Positions 38,248 to 47,208 of a DNA stretch of 64,000 bases are shown here, piece after piece. The notes under the pieces are model-generated. The model saw nothing but the letters and a program-made list of their open reading frames with translations, was not told the DNA's origin and searched no databases. Where the stretch lies: assembly GCA_964506325.1 (NCBI GenBank), contig CAZDLO010000005.1:19002-83001 (forward strand), read 5' to 3'. The translations under genes were made by a program, and so were the position numbers. This DNA is from an uncultured Tangfeifania sp. (GTDB taxonomy: Bacteria > Bacteroidota > Bacteroidia > Bacteroidales > Prolixibacteraceae). The stretch's first letter is position 1, and the number at the start of each line of letters is the position of its first letter.

Positions 38248-39114
38248 CTATTTCAGTTTAATATTCATGCTGATATCCAGTGCCTTAACGGAGTGGGTAA
38301 GTGCGCCGATGGAAATGTAATCTACCCCGGTGGCTGCAACTTCTTTCACTCTATCGAGATTCATATTTCCGGAGGCTTCCACTTTTGCCCGGTGGTTTAT
38401 TACATCAACACACATTTTCATCGTCTCGTTCGACATGTTGTCGAGCATTATGATATCCGCTTTCATCTCCAAAGCCTCTCTCACTTCTTCGATTGTCGTT
38501 GTTTCAACCTCAATTTTTATACCTGCCCGGACTTGTTGCCTGATTTGCTCAACCGCCTTTTTTATTCCCCCGGCTACCTTGATATGGTTGTCCTTGATAA
38601 GTACCATATCGTAGAGACCGATCCTGTGATTCTCGCCTCCTCCAGCTTTGACAGCATATTTATCCAGGACCCTTAATCCGGGTGCTGTCTTTCTTGTGTC
38701 CAGAATTTTGGTGCCGTATTCCTTTACCTGCTCCACAAAAAGGCCAGTCATGGTTGCTATACCGCTCATTCTTTGCAGGAAGTTGAGGGCAAGCCGTTCC
38801 CCTGAAAGAAGTGCACGAAATGGTCCGCTCATCTCCACAAGCAGATCACCCTTTTTCAGTTTATCACCATCCTGCACCAGGGGTTTCCAGGTGGTCTCAG
38901 GTGATAGTATCCTGAAAACAGTTGCAGCAACTTCCATTCCTGCAACAATACCATCGTCTTTTGCGACCATGGTGGCAGTACAGAACATTTCATCTGGGAT
39001 CAGGGCGTTGGTGGTTATGTCACCTGTCCCGATATCCTCGTGCAAAGCAGCCTCTATTAAAGTTTTGATGTGGTTTATTTCAAAATTGTTCATTGGATGT
39101 TTTGTTGCGGACAT
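38248..39114 (-). CDS. nadC: Nicotinate-nucleotide diphosphorylase (quinolinate phosphoribosyltransferase)
   Basis: Contains ALHEDIGTGDITT, GERLALNFLQRMSGIAT, ILDTRKT.PGLR, KDNH and IMLDNM. The start may be MNNFEIN at 39093. Either start overlaps the nadB 3' end. Confidence 0.93.
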   Translation of the reverse strand: MSATKHPMNNFEINHIKTLIEAALHEDIGTGDITTNALIPDEMFCTATMVAKDDGIVAGMEVAATVFRILSPETTWKPLVQDGDKLKKGDLLVEMSGPFRALLSGERLALNFLQRMSGIATMTGLFVEQVKEYGTKILDTRKTAPGLRVLDKYAVKAGGGENHRIGLYDMVLIKDNHIKVAGGIKKAVEQIRQQVRAGIKIEVETTTIEEVREALEMKADIIMLDNMSNETMKMCVDVINHRAKVEASGNMNLDRVKEVAATGVDYISIGALTHSVKALDISMNIKLK

Positions 39115-40672
39115 TCACTGTTTTGATGCTGGCACCTTTCTCCTGGATGATGTGATGAACCATAACCGGTGATTCTTCCCGGTAATCAGACCTAACATGA
39201 CCACCACGGCTCTCCTTGCGTTCCAATGCCGAGATGCATATCAATCTGCATACCGTTGCAAGGTCGTTAATTTTTTTATAGTTGTAATCAACTTGATTAT
39301 CAGAATATTGACTTATTATTTCGTTGATTCGGTTCAAAGCTTTGTTTAAATCATTGCTGTTTCTGACAATACCGACCCTGTCACTCATCAACCGGGATAA
39401 CTCATTTTTAATCTCCAGATATAGGTGGTCAGTTTCCTGGTTGAGCAAAATTTCCTCACAAACTGGAGTATCCAACACATGATTGTTAAGACCCTTCGCC
39501 TTTTCAACGAGTCTTTTGCCAAAAACAAGGCACTCCAGCAGTGAATTACTTGCCAGCCTGTTTGCTCCCATCACACCGGTAGATGCAACCTCACCACAGG
39601 CAAAAAGGCCTGTAATATTGGTTTGGCCCCACAAATCAGTATGTATGCCACCCACAGTGTAATGCGCTGCAGGTGAAATGGGTATCAGGTCTTTAGTGAG
39701 GTCAATGCCATAACCGGTTAACTTGGCGTCAATAGAGTGGAACCGCTCTTTCAGAAATTCCGGCTCCAGGTGTTTCAGGCTGAGGAAAACGGTAGACCCT
39801 GTCTCCTGCATGCGTTTGAAAATGGCAGACGCAACCACGTCTCGCGGGGCCAGCTCAGCCATCGGATGAGATTCGGCCATAAAGCGCATGCCATATTTAT
39901 CCAGCAAATGAGCTCCTTCCCCCCTGACTGCCTCACTTATCAGATAGGCATCCTCCCCGTCAACTGAGAGTGCAGTGGGATGGAATTGGATAAATTCCAT
40001 GTCGGCCACCTGTGCTCCGGCTTGCCAGGCCAGTGCAATCCCGTCGCCTGTCGCGGTGTAGGGATTGGTAGATCTTGAATAAATGCGTGAGAGCCCTCCT
40101 GTGGCCAGTATGGTAGCTTTAGATCTGAAGATTGCATTTTTGCGGGTATTGTAATCCAATGCCTGGATGCCTGTACAAATTCCGTTGCTGGTCAGTATTT
40201 TTACAGCGGTAGTATATTCGAAAGGAGTAATTCGGGGAATCGCCAACACCTTTTTCAGCATAAATCCGGTCATCACCTTTCCGGTAGCATCTCCATCTGC
40301 ATGTAAAATTCGACGGTGGGAATGACCGCCTTCCAGACCCAGAATCAACTCTCCTAAGTGGTCCCTGTCGAAATCAACACCCATTGAAATCAGATGTTTT
40401 ACTTGCTGAAGGCCTTCGTTGACAAGTATTTCTGATGCATCATAGTCGCAAAGTCCGCGACCGGCTGTAAGCGTGTCATCCAGATGGTACATGGGGTCAT
40501 CGTCAGCACCGATGGCTGCTGCGATTCCTCCCTGGGCATTGTAAGAATTGCTTATATCAAGGTCTGATTTGGAAATTAGGGCCACGGTACCGCTTTCTGA
40601 GGCATGATAAGCAGCCAGGAGCCCGGCCAGTCCGCTGCCGACAACAATAAAATCAAAATCAAACTGCTTCAT
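39080..40672 (-). CDS. nadB: L-aspartate oxidase
   Basis: Contains the FAD-binding motif DFIVVGSGLAGL, then QGGIAA, LATGG, MEFIQFHPT, RGEGA, ACGEVASTGVMGANRLASNSLLE and ESRGGHVR. Confidence 0.95.
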   Translation of the reverse strand: MKQFDFDFIVVGSGLAGLLAAYHASESGTVALISKSDLDISNSYNAQGGIAAAIGADDDPMYHLDDTLTAGRGLCDYDASEILVNEGLQQVKHLISMGVDFDRDHLGELILGLEGGHSHRRILHADGDATGKVMTGFMLKKVLAIPRITPFEYTTAVKILTSNGICTGIQALDYNTRKNAIFRSKATILATGGLSRIYSRSTNPYTATGDGIALAWQAGAQVADMEFIQFHPTALSVDGEDAYLISEAVRGEGAHLLDKYGMRFMAESHPMAELAPRDVVASAIFKRMQETGSTVFLSLKHLEPEFLKERFHSIDAKLTGYGIDLTKDLIPISPAAHYTVGGIHTDLWGQTNITGLFACGEVASTGVMGANRLASNSLLECLVFGKRLVEKAKGLNNHVLDTPVCEEILLNQETDHLYLEIKNELSRLMSDRVGIVRNSNDLNKALNRINEIISQYSDNQVDYNYKKINDLATVCRLICISALERKESRGGHVRSDYREESPVMVHHIIQEKGASIKTVNVRNKTSNEQF

Positions 40673-40705
40673 GAAACCAACTTAATTGAAATGCCTGTTA
40701 AAAAA

Positions 40706-40731
40706 ATGAAAATCAAACGTTTGAATTTCAT
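40706..40731. promoter_or_regulatory. 26-bp near-perfect palindrome upstream of nadB (candidate operator)
   Basis: ATGAAAATCAAAC|GTTTGAATTTCAT has 12 of 13 positions symmetric. It lies 34 bp upstream of the nadB ATG in the divergent nadB / 41078 intergenic region. Confidence 0.35.
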
Positions 40732-41001
40732 GAGCTGCTATTAAAGTTTAGAGGTTCAACCAACCTTAAAACAGGAAAAACTTTGAAAAATTCCTTTCGT
40801 CAAACTGAGCGACAAAAATAACAATTCATCTGAATTTATCTTGTTATTCACATTTCAGTTGGTATAGTCCCGGGAATTATTATTTCTGTGGCAGATTCCG
40901 GAGTCATGACAAAATTTTCCTTCTGATTTGTTGTCCCGGGTAATTCTGTTTTTCAATATTGTTTTTTTGAACAATGAAGAGGGTAATACCCTATATTTGT
41001 A

Positions 41002-41032
41002 TCAATACTGCCTCAAAGATAGGCAGTATTGA
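41002..41032. promoter_or_regulatory. Perfect 12-bp-stem inverted repeat upstream of the 41078 gene
   Basis: TCAATACTGCCT-caaagat-AGGCAGTATTGA ends 45 nt upstream of the ATG at 41078. It could be a 5'-UTR hairpin or a protein binding site. Confidence 0.3.
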
Positions 41033-41077
41033 ATAGGTTGAGATGCGTTTAGATTTTGTTAACTAAAATTTATTGGA

Positions 41078-41728
41078 ATGAGAAGGAATTTTTTCAAACT
41101 CGCGGTTTTGGCGTTTGTCCTGGTAATTATCTTGCCCGGTTTCGCTGCTTCAGCGCAGACGATATCTTCAGCTGGCGGACAGCCTCAAAAGAAGGAGCGT
41201 ATTGTACGGGTTCTCGTCACAGACAATGGTAAACTCACCGAAAAGGATACAATTATCGTAGTAGGTAAGGGGAGTAGTGCCTCCTTTACAGCCGGGAATG
41301 CAGTTTTCAAGGCTGATACAATCATACTCTCCGGAGATGGAAAAACCAGGGAAAGTACTGTAACTGTTTTTGTCAACGACAGCAAGGGAAATGAGGAGAA
41401 AGACAGTGTTAAAACAACCTACACCTTTATTTCAACAGATTCTACATTCAATAAGCCCGTTGGTGACATGAAATGGCTGGGTGGAGGTAAACCGAAGATT
41501 ATTATGCAGAAGGATGGCGGGGATGCTTTTTATTTCCAGGGACCGCCTGCCCGTGTACATATGGGAATCCCTTTGCACGATCCGTTTTCCTTTGATAAGT
41601 CAGACCCTGACATTGTATCATACTCCAAAAAAGATATAGGGAAAGGGCAGGAGAAAATTACCATCATCAGGAAGAAAAGGACAACACCCGCCGATTTTAA
41701 TAATGGGGAGATGAAAATTGAGAAGTGA
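41078..41728 (+). CDS. Hypothetical secreted protein
   Basis: Signal peptide MRRNFFKLAVLAFVLVIILPGFAASAQ. The rest is Lys/Asp/Thr-rich with no recognised domain. Confidence 0.6.
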   Translation: MRRNFFKLAVLAFVLVIILPGFAASAQTISSAGGQPQKKERIVRVLVTDNGKLTEKDTIIVVGKGSSASFTAGNAVFKADTIILSGDGKTRESTVTVFVNDSKGNEEKDSVKTTYTFISTDSTFNKPVGDMKWLGGGKPKIIMQKDGGDAFYFQGPPARVHMGIPLHDPFSFDKSDPDIVSYSKKDIGKGQEKITIIRKKRTTPADFNNGEMKIEK

Positions 41729-41768
41729 TGCCGGTTTTATTGGCCTGATTCACTAATTGGTTGTTAAA

Positions 41769-41817
41769 AAAGTGCCTGAAGTCATGGGTTTTGACCAACC
41801 CATGCTTCAGGCACTTT
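41769..41817. terminator. Long nested hairpin between convergent genes (bidirectional terminator candidate)
   Basis: The outer stem AAAGTGCCTGAAG / CTTCAGGCACTTT (13 bp) encloses the inner stem CATGGGTT-ttgacc-AACCCATG (8 bp) with one bulged T. Confidence 0.65.
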
Positions 41818-41844
41818 AAGTTAAACAGTGTTTAAAATGCTTCC

Positions 41845-43326
41845 TTATACAGGCATATCCGGCAATGAATAAGGAGCACGGTAGGTATGTTTGATCAGTT
41901 CAGCTGCAAATTTCTTGGCAGGAACCGGTTCTGTCCATTTTTTATTGAATGTAGGATGTCCATCATGAATGACAAAATTATCCTCCAGGCAAATCTTAAC
42001 AGTTTCCTCTTCCTTCAGGTTGGTGAACTGCATGTTCGGACCATCCCATTCAAGTACTTTTTTCAGTCCTTGCAGGCGGACAGCTAAAACACCCATTACA
42101 ACCATTTCATTGAAAGGACCTGACTGGCTGAAGTCTGAAGCGGTCTGAACACGGCTTTCAGGACTTTCTTTGGCTGCGCGGATCCAGTCCAGCTCATGGC
42201 TGACAGTTATTCTTCTGCGTTTTTGAGGAACTACAGGTACTCTTCCTGAGAGTAACCATGGATCTTTTCCATAACAACCGCAAAACAGGGTGTCTTTAGT
42301 TCCGTGGAAAATCACACCACCACCAGAGTTGTTCATATCCTTGCCTGCAGGCCAGTTAACTGGCATTTCCGGTTTTAGTCCACCGTCGTACCAAATAACT
42401 TTTATTTCAGGAAGGTTAATTTTGATATCCTTTTGCTTTGCTCTTGCAGGGAAGGTCAAAGAAACCATCTGTGCATTTGGGGCGCAATCTGTTAATAACA
42501 AGGTTGAACTTCCCTGAGCTTTGGTTGGATATCCAAGTTTCATCGCTGTGAAAACAGGGTGCAGGATATGGCAGGCCATATCACCCAGGGCGCCTGTACC
42601 AAAGTCCCACCAGCCTCTCCAGTTCCATGGATGGTAAAGTTCGTTGTAAGGACGCATCTGGGAAGGACCAATGAAGAGATTCCAGTCCAGCGTTTCAGGT
42701 ACCCACTGTCCGTTTTTGGGAGCATTGAGACCTTGGGGCCAGATAGGCCTGTCGGTAAAGGCTTCTACTTTGGTTACCTCACCAATTTCGCCATTCCAGA
42801 TCCATTCGCAGGTAAGACTTACGCCTTCGCCTGAAGAACCCTGGTTTCCCATTTGAGTAGCAACTTTTGTTTTTTCCGCCAGTTTGGTCAGCAACCTTGA
42901 TTCATACACTGTGTGTGTTAATGGTTTCTGGGTATAGACATGCTTACCCATTGTCATGGCGTGGGCTGTGGTGATGGCGTGCGTATGGTCAGCAGTGGCA
43001 ACCATAACTGCATCAAATGATTTTCCCATCTCATCATACATAACCCGCCAGTCTTTGTACTTCTTGGCATTTGGGAAATGCTTGAAAACCGGTTCACTGT
43101 ACTTCCAGTCAACGTCGCATAAGCCAACGATGTTTTCGGATGACATATTTTTCAGGTTACCAAAACCCATACCACCAACACCAATACCGACAATATTAAG
43201 CTTATCGCTGGGGGCTTTGTGTCCCAATCCGGCAATTGTGTTAGAAGGGACCACGGTGATAGCTGCAGCGGCTGCAGCTGAAGTTCCCAAAAATCCTCTT
43301 CTCGAAACTTTGTTTTTTTCCTTCAT
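41845..43326 (-). CDS. TAT-exported Gfo/Idh/MocA-family oxidoreductase
   Basis: Twin-arginine signal SRRGFLGTSAAAAAAITVVPS. Rossmann motif LNIVGIGVGGMG. Also VATADHTHA and GKHVYTQKPL (the EKP-type motif of the family). Confidence 0.85.
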   Translation of the reverse strand: MKEKNKVSRRGFLGTSAAAAAAITVVPSNTIAGLGHKAPSDKLNIVGIGVGGMGFGNLKNMSSENIVGLCDVDWKYSEPVFKHFPNAKKYKDWRVMYDEMGKSFDAVMVATADHTHAITTAHAMTMGKHVYTQKPLTHTVYESRLLTKLAEKTKVATQMGNQGSSGEGVSLTCEWIWNGEIGEVTKVEAFTDRPIWPQGLNAPKNGQWVPETLDWNLFIGPSQMRPYNELYHPWNWRGWWDFGTGALGDMACHILHPVFTAMKLGYPTKAQGSSTLLLTDCAPNAQMVSLTFPARAKQKDIKINLPEIKVIWYDGGLKPEMPVNWPAGKDMNNSGGGVIFHGTKDTLFCGCYGKDPWLLSGRVPVVPQKRRRITVSHELDWIRAAKESPESRVQTASDFSQSGPFNEMVVMGVLAVRLQGLKKVLEWDGPNMQFTNLKEEETVKICLEDNFVIHDGHPTFNKKWTEPVPAKKFAAELIKHTYRAPYSLPDMPV

Positions 43327-43504
43327 CAGAATAAAATTTATAGAATTAAAAATTTTGTAACGTAGCCGTAAATATAAAAAATTTATTGGATTGTGATTGT
43401 GATTGAAGGTATATTCCGGTTTAATATTTTGCGATTTTTGATTCAGAAGTCAGGAAAATGATTTACCCCGAAAATCCTGCCATAAGCCCTTCGTTTGATG
43501 TAAA

Positions 43505-43539
43505 ATAATAGCCATCCCGGAAAAGGATGGCTATTATTC
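43505..43539 (-). terminator. Rho-independent terminator after the TonB-dependent receptor gene
   Basis: AATAATAGCCATCC-cggaaaa-GGATGGCTATTATT is a perfect 14-bp stem 16 nt downstream of the stop. The 3' arm is U-rich on the minus strand. Confidence 0.65.
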
Positions 43540-43554
43540 TGAAGCAGGCAGTTA

Positions 43555-46047
43555 CTAGAACTCGCCCATACCTCCGCCACCGTTGTTGCCGGAGTCCATG
43601 CTTTCCTTATTTGGTTTTGATTTAAAATTGTTGAGTTTGTAGCTCAGTGTAAGCTGGACAATCTGTGATTCACGTTTGAATTTAAACTGATTTTCAAAGT
43701 TAGGACCGGATGAAGATCCGCTGAATTTCATGGTTCCAAATATGTCCTGCACCTGCAATGTGGCCGAAAGCCGGTTTTTAAGAAAATCCTGTTTGATGGA
43801 TGTATTGGCAAAATACATTCCTTCACGTTTTCCCTGGGCAGAAACGGTAGGTCCGCGATATACTCCCATCAGCTGGAAACGTGTATATTTTGCAAGTTTC
43901 ATGTCAAAATTGAGTTTTCCGTCAAAGTTGGTACTGCGCTGGTCAACGCTTTCACCGTTAACAGCACCCTTCAGCCAGTAATTGTAAAGAGTTCCGCTTG
44001 CGACGAGGCGTATTCCAGGCTTAATCTCATAATTTATCATTAATTCACTTCCCAGGGAATAATCATCGTTGAGGTTCGACATGCTATGGTACATAATTCC
44101 ATCGTCTCCCAGGGTCTGAATCCGGGTCATAAGATCCTGGGTGTGCCGAAAATATCCCTCCAGCGATACAAATGAGGTATTTAAGCGTTTCAGCATTGTA
44201 AGTTCGTAGGAACCTGTATATTCCGGTGTCAGGTTAGGATTGCCGATCCTTATGTTGTATGGATCCATGAATGTTGGGAAGGGTTCGAGCATTTGTCCTT
44301 CCGGCCTGTTTAATCTCCTGCTGTAACTGGCTTGCAGTTCATACTCTTTTGCAAATTTCCGGGAAAGGTGAAGGGTAGGAAAGAGATCCACGCGGTTGAA
44401 TTTATATGTTTCACTCCCTCTTTCACTGAAAAGATTCCGGTTTGTGTACTCGGTCCTAAGCCCTGCCTGGTAGGTGAAATTGCCGGCCGAATGGGAATAG
44501 GTGCCATAAAGGGCATGGATATATTGGGAGAAATCGACCTGACTGCTGTATTTCGGATTGTTCATCCAATTGTCCATTGAATAGTTGAATTCTTCAAAAA
44601 CGAAATCTTCCAGGCTTTTCTGAAATCTTCCCTGGTAACCTGCCTCGAGCTTGTCTTTGTCGTTCAAAGGTAAGGTATAGTTTATCTTAAGCCTGTAATC
44701 ATTTTGGATAGGACTTTCGTTTGACCTGTATTTGTAAGGTTCATTTTCAATCGGAACCCATTGTGAATCTGTGGCGTAGTTGATGTTGTTGGTAATATCA
44801 TCACCATTGTCCCCGGAAAAATATAGCAGGGACTCAATTTCATGGCCTTTTTTGTTGAATTTATGGTTGAAGCTAAGGTTCCCACTCCAGTAATTGCTGC
44901 TACGGCCAGAACTGTTATCCTGGTAAAGGTAGGTGGAGGGTCTGCCCAGGTTGTAACGGGTGCTTTGGTGACCAATATTTGCGTCTCCGTGTTCCATGTA
45001 ACCCACCGTTCCGACAATACCTACGGAAGTTGAGGCGTTGAAAGTGTAATCAATTCCACCCTTGATGTTGTTGCCCTTGTGTAACATGGATCCGTCCGAC
45101 TTTGATTCCCTTGTGGTAATTGTATCGCCGTTTGTAATTTTTTGCAAATATTCACGGGTCCCTTTCATATTCATATCCGCGAAATCACCACCCAGCATGA
45201 AGTCCCATTTCTTGGTCCTGTAGGTAAATGTGGCATCACCCCGGTACCTGTCATGTATGCCTGCTGTGAGGTTGATCAGCCCGCTGAATGAATCTTTCTG
45301 GTTCCTTTTCATCACTACGTTGATAATCCCGGAATCACCATCCGGGTCATATTTGGCAGATGGATTGGTAATGATTTCGATTTTTTCGATGCCGGCGGCA
45401 GGAAGTTGTCTCAATGCATCACTGCCCTTCACTACACTGGGCTTTCCATCTATAAGAACTGTGAAATTTGAACTTCCGCGTAAGGTTACATTGCCTTCAA
45501 AGTCTGTCTGGACTGAGGGTGTGTTCTCGAGTACCTCAACGGCAGTTCCTCCGGTGGCCACAATATTCTGACTTACATTGACCACCCTTCGGTCAATTTT
45601 AAATTCAATCCTTTGTTTTTCGGCAACCACTTCCACTTCTTTGATCTTCTGGTCAGCAGAAAGCAGTTCGATGTTCCCAAGGTCGATAACGGGTTTTGAA
45701 GGTGAAATTTGCAAAGGGATTGTTCTTTTTGCAAATCCTATAAAATTAACGCTCAGGTAATAGCTTCCGGGTACGAGGTTCTTGAGTTCGAAAGTTCCGT
45801 TGTCGGAAGTCATTATTCCTCCTGCCACAGAAGAGTCAGCTGCAGCAAAGATTGCCACATTGGCGTATCCCATAGGGGAATCGGTTTCAGCCTCAATTAC
45901 CTTTCCCCTGACTACAAATTTTTTCGGTGCGGGATTGGTGCCAATGGTTGGTGTTGTAACAATAGAAGGCTCAACGGGAGGAGCACTTTGTCCTTTTGCC
46001 GTCATAAGGGAGGAAAGGAACAAAAAAAGAAAAAAATATTTATGCAT
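43555..46047 (-). CDS. TonB-dependent outer-membrane receptor with an N-terminal carboxypeptidase-regulatory-like domain
   Basis: Has a signal peptide. A CarboxypepD_reg-like block is present (VRGKVIEAETDSPMGYANVAIF..DNGTFELKNLVPGSYYLSVNFIGF), then a plug region (ATGGTAVEVLENTPSV), a long beta-barrel, and a terminal aromatic F. Confidence 0.85.
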   Translation of the reverse strand: MHKYFFLFLFLSSLMTAKGQSAPPVEPSIVTTPTIGTNPAPKKFVVRGKVIEAETDSPMGYANVAIFAAADSSVAGGIMTSDNGTFELKNLVPGSYYLSVNFIGFAKRTIPLQISPSKPVIDLGNIELLSADQKIKEVEVVAEKQRIEFKIDRRVVNVSQNIVATGGTAVEVLENTPSVQTDFEGNVTLRGSSNFTVLIDGKPSVVKGSDALRQLPAAGIEKIEIITNPSAKYDPDGDSGIINVVMKRNQKDSFSGLINLTAGIHDRYRGDATFTYRTKKWDFMLGGDFADMNMKGTREYLQKITNGDTITTRESKSDGSMLHKGNNIKGGIDYTFNASTSVGIVGTVGYMEHGDANIGHQSTRYNLGRPSTYLYQDNSSGRSSNYWSGNLSFNHKFNKKGHEIESLLYFSGDNGDDITNNINYATDSQWVPIENEPYKYRSNESPIQNDYRLKINYTLPLNDKDKLEAGYQGRFQKSLEDFVFEEFNYSMDNWMNNPKYSSQVDFSQYIHALYGTYSHSAGNFTYQAGLRTEYTNRNLFSERGSETYKFNRVDLFPTLHLSRKFAKEYELQASYSRRLNRPEGQMLEPFPTFMDPYNIRIGNPNLTPEYTGSYELTMLKRLNTSFVSLEGYFRHTQDLMTRIQTLGDDGIMYHSMSNLNDDYSLGSELMINYEIKPGIRLVASGTLYNYWLKGAVNGESVDQRSTNFDGKLNFDMKLAKYTRFQLMGVYRGPTVSAQGKREGMYFANTSIKQDFLKNRLSATLQVQDIFGTMKFSGSSSGPNFENQFKFKRESQIVQLTLSYKLNNFKSKPNKESMDSGNNGGGGMGEF

Positions 46048-46158
46048 GGATCAATAGCTTAAAATGTATGTAGCTTTTGACGTAGTTGATCCAATACAGT
46101 TTAAGGTGATGGTGTTAATTTAAAGTTAAATAAAAAAACAGGTCTGGAATACAGGCCT

Positions 46159-47208
46159 TTAGGGAGACTTCTTTTGTATGGCAACTGATATGGGAAGGTG
46201 GTCACTTACGCCGCCATGGTAAACAGGACCCAGGTAGGTCCGGAACGGTTTTTTACCTAAATATTTATTATCCTCTTCCAGTAAAAATTTCTCTGAGCAG
46301 ATTTTGGCTCCGGTTGAGGTTATTTGCAACCCCTTGCCGGAGCAAAGGCTAAAGGAGCTAATAAACTGGTCAAAGATTTCCCATTGACCTTTCGCGCGTA
46401 TGGTGCCAATCCTGCTTTTTGTCCAGGGGATTGAAAGATTAACCAGCTTCTCCGGGTTGTCGTTGTCTTTGGAAGAATTAGTCCGCAGTATCCTTGTAAA
46501 ACATTCTTCGTCAGGTGTCGCATTGAAGTCTCCCATCAGCAGGAATTTACTCTTTGGCAATTTAAACAGGAGGGAATCAAGTCTGTTGCGAAGAATTAAA
46601 GCCGCGATGTTTCGTTTTCCAACTGATGCAGTATAACCTCCACTTCGCGAGGGCCAGTGGTTGACAAAAAAACTGATGTCCTCATCTCCAAGTTTTGCCT
46701 TGAAATAGAGTATGTCCCTGGAAACAAAACGGCTGACACCTTTGGAGGATACAGGAATGAAATCATAGTCGACAGGTGTAACGGTTTCCTTTCGGTACAG
46801 CAAGGCTACATCTATTCCACGGGGATCTGGCGATTCTTTGTGAATTATGGCATAATTGGCCGTTTTGAATGGTGTATGGCTGATCAGATATTCGATAACC
46901 CATAAATTTTCGACTTCTGCCAGTCCGATGACATCCGGGAAATGACCGTCCGAAGCGGAGATGAGCGCGCGGTACAACATCATTACTTTTTGATTCAGCC
47001 TTGCAACCGACCAGTGGCATTTGCCTGATGGAGTAAATTCTTCGTCATTGGTTGCAGGGTCGTTCCTGGGGTCGAATAAATTTTCAGTGTTGTAGAATAC
47101 CGCCCTGTAACATTCGCTTGTTTTGTTCTGACCTGTCAACTCAAGGGAAAGAAGAGCAAATATAAACAGGAGAATAGTTTTATGGCCTTGCGCACAATGC
47201 ATCTGCAT
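46159..47208 (-). CDS. Secreted endonuclease/exonuclease/phosphatase (EEP) family protein
   Basis: Has a signal peptide. EEP blocks are present: FYNTENLFD, IGLAEVEN, LLMGDFNA, GGVSDHLPI. The start codon directly abuts the stop of the upstream gene. Confidence 0.85.
   Translation of the reverse strand: MQMHCAQGHKTILLFIFALLSLELTGQNKTSECYRAVFYNTENLFDPRNDPATNDEEFTPSGKCHWSVARLNQKVMMLYRALISASDGHFPDVIGLAEVENLWVIEYLISHTPFKTANYAIIHKESPDPRGIDVALLYRKETVTPVDYDFIPVSSKGVSRFVSRDILYFKAKLGDEDISFFVNHWPSRSGGYTASVGKRNIAALILRNRLDSLLFKLPKSKFLLMGDFNATPDEECFTRILRTNSSKDNDNPEKLVNLSIPWTKSRIGTIRAKGQWEIFDQFISSFSLCSGKGLQITSTGAKICSEKFLLEEDNKYLGKKPFRTYLGPVYHGGVSDHLPISVAIQKKSP

Noticed and set aside
38648-39172. 174-aa plus-strand ORF antisense to nadC and nadB (also 38293-38676 and 38330-38614)
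   Set aside because: It overlaps two strongly supported genes on the opposite strand. The Ser/Pro/Arg-rich composition is typical of antisense frames.
43389-43406. Tandem hexamer GATTGT-GATTGT-GATTGA
   Set aside because: It has only three copies in an AT-rich promoter region, with no array structure or flanking repeats, so it is not a CRISPR array or a meaningful microsatellite.
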